A stretch of 64,000 bases of DNA from an uncultured Candidatus Saccharibacteria bacterium (GTDB lineage Bacteria > Patescibacteriota > Minisyncoccia > Phycocordibacterales > PALSA-1337), in contig CAZBLC010000001.1 in NCBI GenBank assembly GCA_964492835.1, positions 19,596 through 83,595 of the forward strand, given 5' to 3'. A program made the translations under genes and the position numbers. This document shows positions 61,291-64,000 of this stretch, piece by piece (the stretch's first letter is position 1; the number at the start of each line of letters is the position of its first letter). Under the pieces are notes generated by a model. The model searched no databases. It worked only from the letters and a program-made list of their open reading frames with translations, and was not told the origin of the DNA.

Positions 61291-61740
61291 ATGTCAGACA
61301 GGTTAATATACAACAAGAAAATATCAGTAGATTATGAAATTCTCGAGAAATTCGAAGCTGGTATTGAGTTGCTTGGACTTGAGGTTAAAAGCCTTAGAAA
61401 CAACCAAGGTTCCCTATTGGGATCTCATATTACTGTGCGTGGTGGTGAGGTATTCATAATCGCCCTTAATATTCCTCCGTATCAGGTAAAGAATACGCCT
61501 AAGGAGTATAATCCTGAGAGAAACAGGAAGATACTACTTAAGAAAAGTGAGATACAAACTCTAGCTAGTTTGGAGGCAAAGAAGGGTTTGACAATAGTGC
61601 CAGTTTCAATGTATAGTAAGGACAAGAAAATCAAGGTTGAAATCGCCGTTGTTCGCGGTAAGAAGAAGTTTGATAAGCGCGAGGACATTAAGAAGCGAGA
61701 GGTAAATCGTGATATTCGAAGAGAGTTTAAGGATCGTTGA
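61291..61740 (+). CDS. smpB: SsrA-binding protein
   Basis: EAGIELLGLEVKSLR, RNRKILL, GKKKFDKRE; directly upstream of tmRNA. Confidence 0.97.
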   Translation: MSDRLIYNKKISVDYEILEKFEAGIELLGLEVKSLRNNQGSLLGSHITVRGGEVFIIALNIPPYQVKNTPKEYNPERNRKILLKKSEIQTLASLEAKKGLTIVPVSMYSKDKKIKVEIAVVRGKKKFDKREDIKKREVNRDIRREFKDR

Positions 61741-61752
61741 AAATTAATACAT

Positions 61753-62171
61753 GGGGATGAAAGGCCTCGACAGTTGAGGTACTCAATATTGTGCATTGTA
61801 GAGCTCCGTCACCTCTTTAAAATGACGGAAATGTTAGATGCTAAATCAGCTATAACAAAGGCGAAGTCTACTGTGTCTCCATATTTTGGAGCTAATAGCT
61901 TTGCTTTCGCTTACGCAACAGTTTAATACTGTTCCCTAAACGACGTTCTACACTAGGTTTCGAAACTAGTGTTAGAGTGATATAACCTTCGAATTGGATT
62001 GTATTCACTTCCCTGCTTACAATCTGAAACTCTGGGAATCGCTTACATATATTTTGTTTACTTTATAGTATGTAAGTTAAAAGAGGGCGACCTCGCTAAA
62101 GTTTTCTATACAATGTAGATCCAATATTAGATTTCATCTGCACCCGAGTTCGATTCTCGGCATCTCCACCA
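61753..62171 (+). ncRNA. ssrA: tmRNA
   Basis: 5' GGGGAUG..UCGAC; 3' CCGAG-UUCGAUU-CUCGG-CAUCUCCACCA; G3-U70 pair; PK1 stem UCCGUCA/UGACGGA; tag ORF 61840-61926. Confidence 0.95.
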
Positions 62172-62174
62172 CAT

Positions 62175-62203
62175 TTGACACAGGTACTATTTAATGATAG
62201 TGT
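62175..62203 (+). promoter_or_regulatory. Sigma70-type promoter right after ssrA
   Basis: TTGACA-N17-TAGTGT with extended TG. Confidence 0.6.
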
Positions 62204-62258
62204 GTTTTTAGCTTGAACGTGCTGGTTTGCAACCAAAATAACAATCCAAGGTAATTCA

Positions 62259-62642
62259 ATGAATCTCACAACGGAACTTCTGACGCCATTTATTGGTGGT
62301 CAAATTGAAATCCAAAACGAAGGTCAAGGCTATCTCTATCGCGGTCAAATAAAGTCTGGACGCGTCACCAGTGGCGAACTTGTCATCGAACTGGACTGGA
62401 TGGGCAAATGCGAGGGTTTTCCCTCTAGCCCCAGCAAGTGGGTAAAGGACGACACAGAAGATTGGGCGATTAGCCTCCAGATCAGCGGTGTCAGCAACAT
62501 CGGTCCTAGTCGTCCTGAAATCGGAGGCGGCGATCGCATCTGCATCAACTGTCCCAGTATTGGAGAGCTCATTGTTCTTTATCCTGCTGATGGGAGTAAG
62601 CTCGACCCTGCAAGGATCGAAGGACTTCAGTTGGCGGCATAA
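62259..62642 (+). CDS. Hypothetical protein, visibly GC-richer than the host genes
   Basis: 127-aa ORF with its own promoter and terminator. Confidence 0.7.
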   Translation: MNLTTELLTPFIGGQIEIQNEGQGYLYRGQIKSGRVTSGELVIELDWMGKCEGFPSSPSKWVKDDTEDWAISLQISGVSNIGPSRPEIGGGDRICINCPSIGELIVLYPADGSKLDPARIEGLQLAA

Positions 62643-62672
62643 ACCAACTTTTACAATACAATCTGAATCTCT

Positions 62673-62724
62673 GACCTCCTCAAGAAAACCTTCGTTAGGT
62701 TCTCTCGAGGAGGTCTTTTCTTTT
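62673..62724 (+). terminator. Intrinsic terminator
   Basis: GACCTCCTC...GAGGAGGTC stem followed by TTTTCTTTT. Confidence 0.7.
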
Positions 62725-62797
62725 ACATGTTAAATAACCATACTCTACCCATCTACACATTTTCTTAAAAATGCTATCATTATCCCCGGAGAACACC

Positions 62798-63265
62798 ATG
62801 CACTCAATCAAACTTGTTCTTGTAATGTTAATGTCTACACTGACATTAATGCGAGTTTCAGGACAGAGTGATATCTGGACTGAAGCGTTCAAACTTGGTC
62901 ACATCCACACCAATGACTGTAGGATCAATTGCTTTGAAGAAGCAGATCATGAAAATCATGATTCAGTTATTGAGTCCAGATATCAAGGAAACAATGTCTG
63001 GTCAGTGAGACTCATCAATACCTTCATGCCGAAGGTTGATCCAGCACATGTTGAATACAAAGAAAGGAATGGATTCAAACTGATGCAGTATGAAGGTGGT
63101 AGTTTCTACTCCACACAAAATGGTAGTAGGACCAAAGACATTTTGGCATATCACCTGAGATTGAATACCAATACCCTTCTGGAGGTTGTGAGGATTGAAT
63201 TCAATCAACCAGCAGTCCAGAACATGGATACGATGGTAGGCATTGCGATAAGGACATCAAGATGA
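62798..63265 (+). CDS. Hypothetical secreted protein
   Basis: MHSIKLVLVMLMSTLTLM signal-like start preceded by GGAG; the track starts it at 62771. Confidence 0.55.
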   Translation: MHSIKLVLVMLMSTLTLMRVSGQSDIWTEAFKLGHIHTNDCRINCFEEADHENHDSVIESRYQGNNVWSVRLINTFMPKVDPAHVEYKERNGFKLMQYEGGSFYSTQNGSRTKDILAYHLRLNTNTLLEVVRIEFNQPAVQNMDTMVGIAIRTSR

Positions 63266-63270
63266 AAACG

Positions 63271-63296
63271 AAATCCCACCGAACTCGGTGGGATTT
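63271..63296. terminator. Bidirectional terminator between convergent genes
   Basis: AAATCCCACCGA-AC-TCGGTGGGATTT. Confidence 0.75.
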
Positions 63297-63301
63297 GTTA
63301 T

Positions 63302-63388
63302 TTATTTTCTTCTCTTAGTTGTCTTCTTTGTAGTTTTTTTAGATTTCTTTGAAGACTTCTTAGTTACTTTCTTTTTTGCTTTTGCCAT
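63302..63388 (-). CDS. 28-aa Lys-rich micro-protein (histone H1 tail-like)
   Basis: MAKAKKKVTKKSSKKSKKTTKKTTKRRK*; ends 5 nt before the terminator. Confidence 0.6.
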   Translation of the reverse strand: MAKAKKKVTKKSSKKSKKTTKKTTKRRK

Positions 63389-63550
63389 TAGAGTGTAAAT
63401 ATTTTTTTGATTAAAATTATTTTATCGACCACTGTTAATATATTAACATTAAAATATAAATATTAATTAAAAAAATAAATAAAAGTGTGCATAACTTTTA
63501 TTTTTAAAATACTTCTTGCTATATTAATTTTCAAACTGTACACTTATTGA

Positions 63551-64000
63551 ATGAATAAAAAAAATATTATCTTATCTTGTTGGATTATTTTGGTTGTAAT
63601 AATATTGGGATTCTTTCTGAATTCGTATTGTGAATATAAAAAAGAAGTTGTGGCTGTAACTATTGATACATCGACAGATCAAGAGATAGCAGTATCTACT
63701 CCAGTTAAAAAAGATAATTTGTTAGCAGATACAGGTAGGGAAAAAATGTATAAAGGAATAAAATTGCAAACTGGTTATAATAACTATTGGAATACTATTT
63801 ATGGTGACCTAGAGTATAGTCCAATCTTGATTGATGGTGACCATTTTATAGTTGGCTCGAATGGTTATGGGCCGAGGGCTCAGGTGTTTGCTTTTAATCT
63901 TAAGACTGGTAAGGAATTATTACTATACAATGAATATACTGACAGGCTCTATATAAATCAGATTATAAAAATTGGAAATACCATGTTCTTTTCAACTGGT
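63551..64000 (+). CDS. Membrane-anchored protein, N-terminal part (possible beta-propeller), truncated by the window edge
   Basis: MNKKNIILSCWIILVVIILGFFL TM then VFAFNLKTGKE; open to the end; TACACT-N6-ATG start. Confidence 0.65.
   Translation, partial: MNKKNIILSCWIILVVIILGFFLNSYCEYKKEVVAVTIDTSTDQEIAVSTPVKKDNLLADTGREKMYKGIKLQTGYNNYWNTIYGDLEYSPILIDGDHFIVGSNGYGPRAQVFAFNLKTGKELLLYNEYTDRLYINQIIKIGNTMFFSTG

Noticed and set aside
3146-63208. Many 60-175 aa antisense or nested ORFs in the track (e.g. 27838..28362, 39535..39972, 60831..61223, 61482..61796)
   Set aside because: They shadow well-supported genes or the tmRNA and show no motifs or start signals

Overview
AT-rich bacterial chromosome segment read in standard code 11. 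Gene content points to Patescibacteria/CPR, probably Parcubacteria (inference: type IV pilus operon without pilQ, a VirB4/TraD-like ATPase beside it, a short UDP-sugar dehydrogenase, an LYWAEG-motif protein). Left to right: NUDIX, eno, gpmI, DedA-PAP2, an orphan OmpR-type regulator, an O-antigen ligase-like TPR protein, a ~29 kb surface-glycan locus (7.9-36.8 kb), a pilM-N-O-P-B-(REC)-T-C-pilin operon with comF, a variable region built around tRNA genes, recG, ftsH, smpB, tmRNA and accessory genes. Most notable: (1) an intact tRNA-Ser with the very unusual anticodon ACU alongside a normal Ser(GCU), plus a tRNA-Ile(UAU); (2) two free-standing HTH-LAGLIDADG genes, each directly 5' of a tRNA gene; (3) an Rpe / GT-SIS fusion / kinase / HAD / nucleotidyltransferase module that looks like an unassigned NDP-sugar pathway; (4) a recurrent TAnnnT-N6-ATG leaderless start pattern; (5) a long tmRNA tag ending FAFAYATV next to ftsH; (6) a recombination scar made of a duplicated gene 3' end and a decayed tRNA copy; (7) a 28-aa Lys-rich micro-ORF. 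All product calls come from motif recognition by eye; no searches were run.
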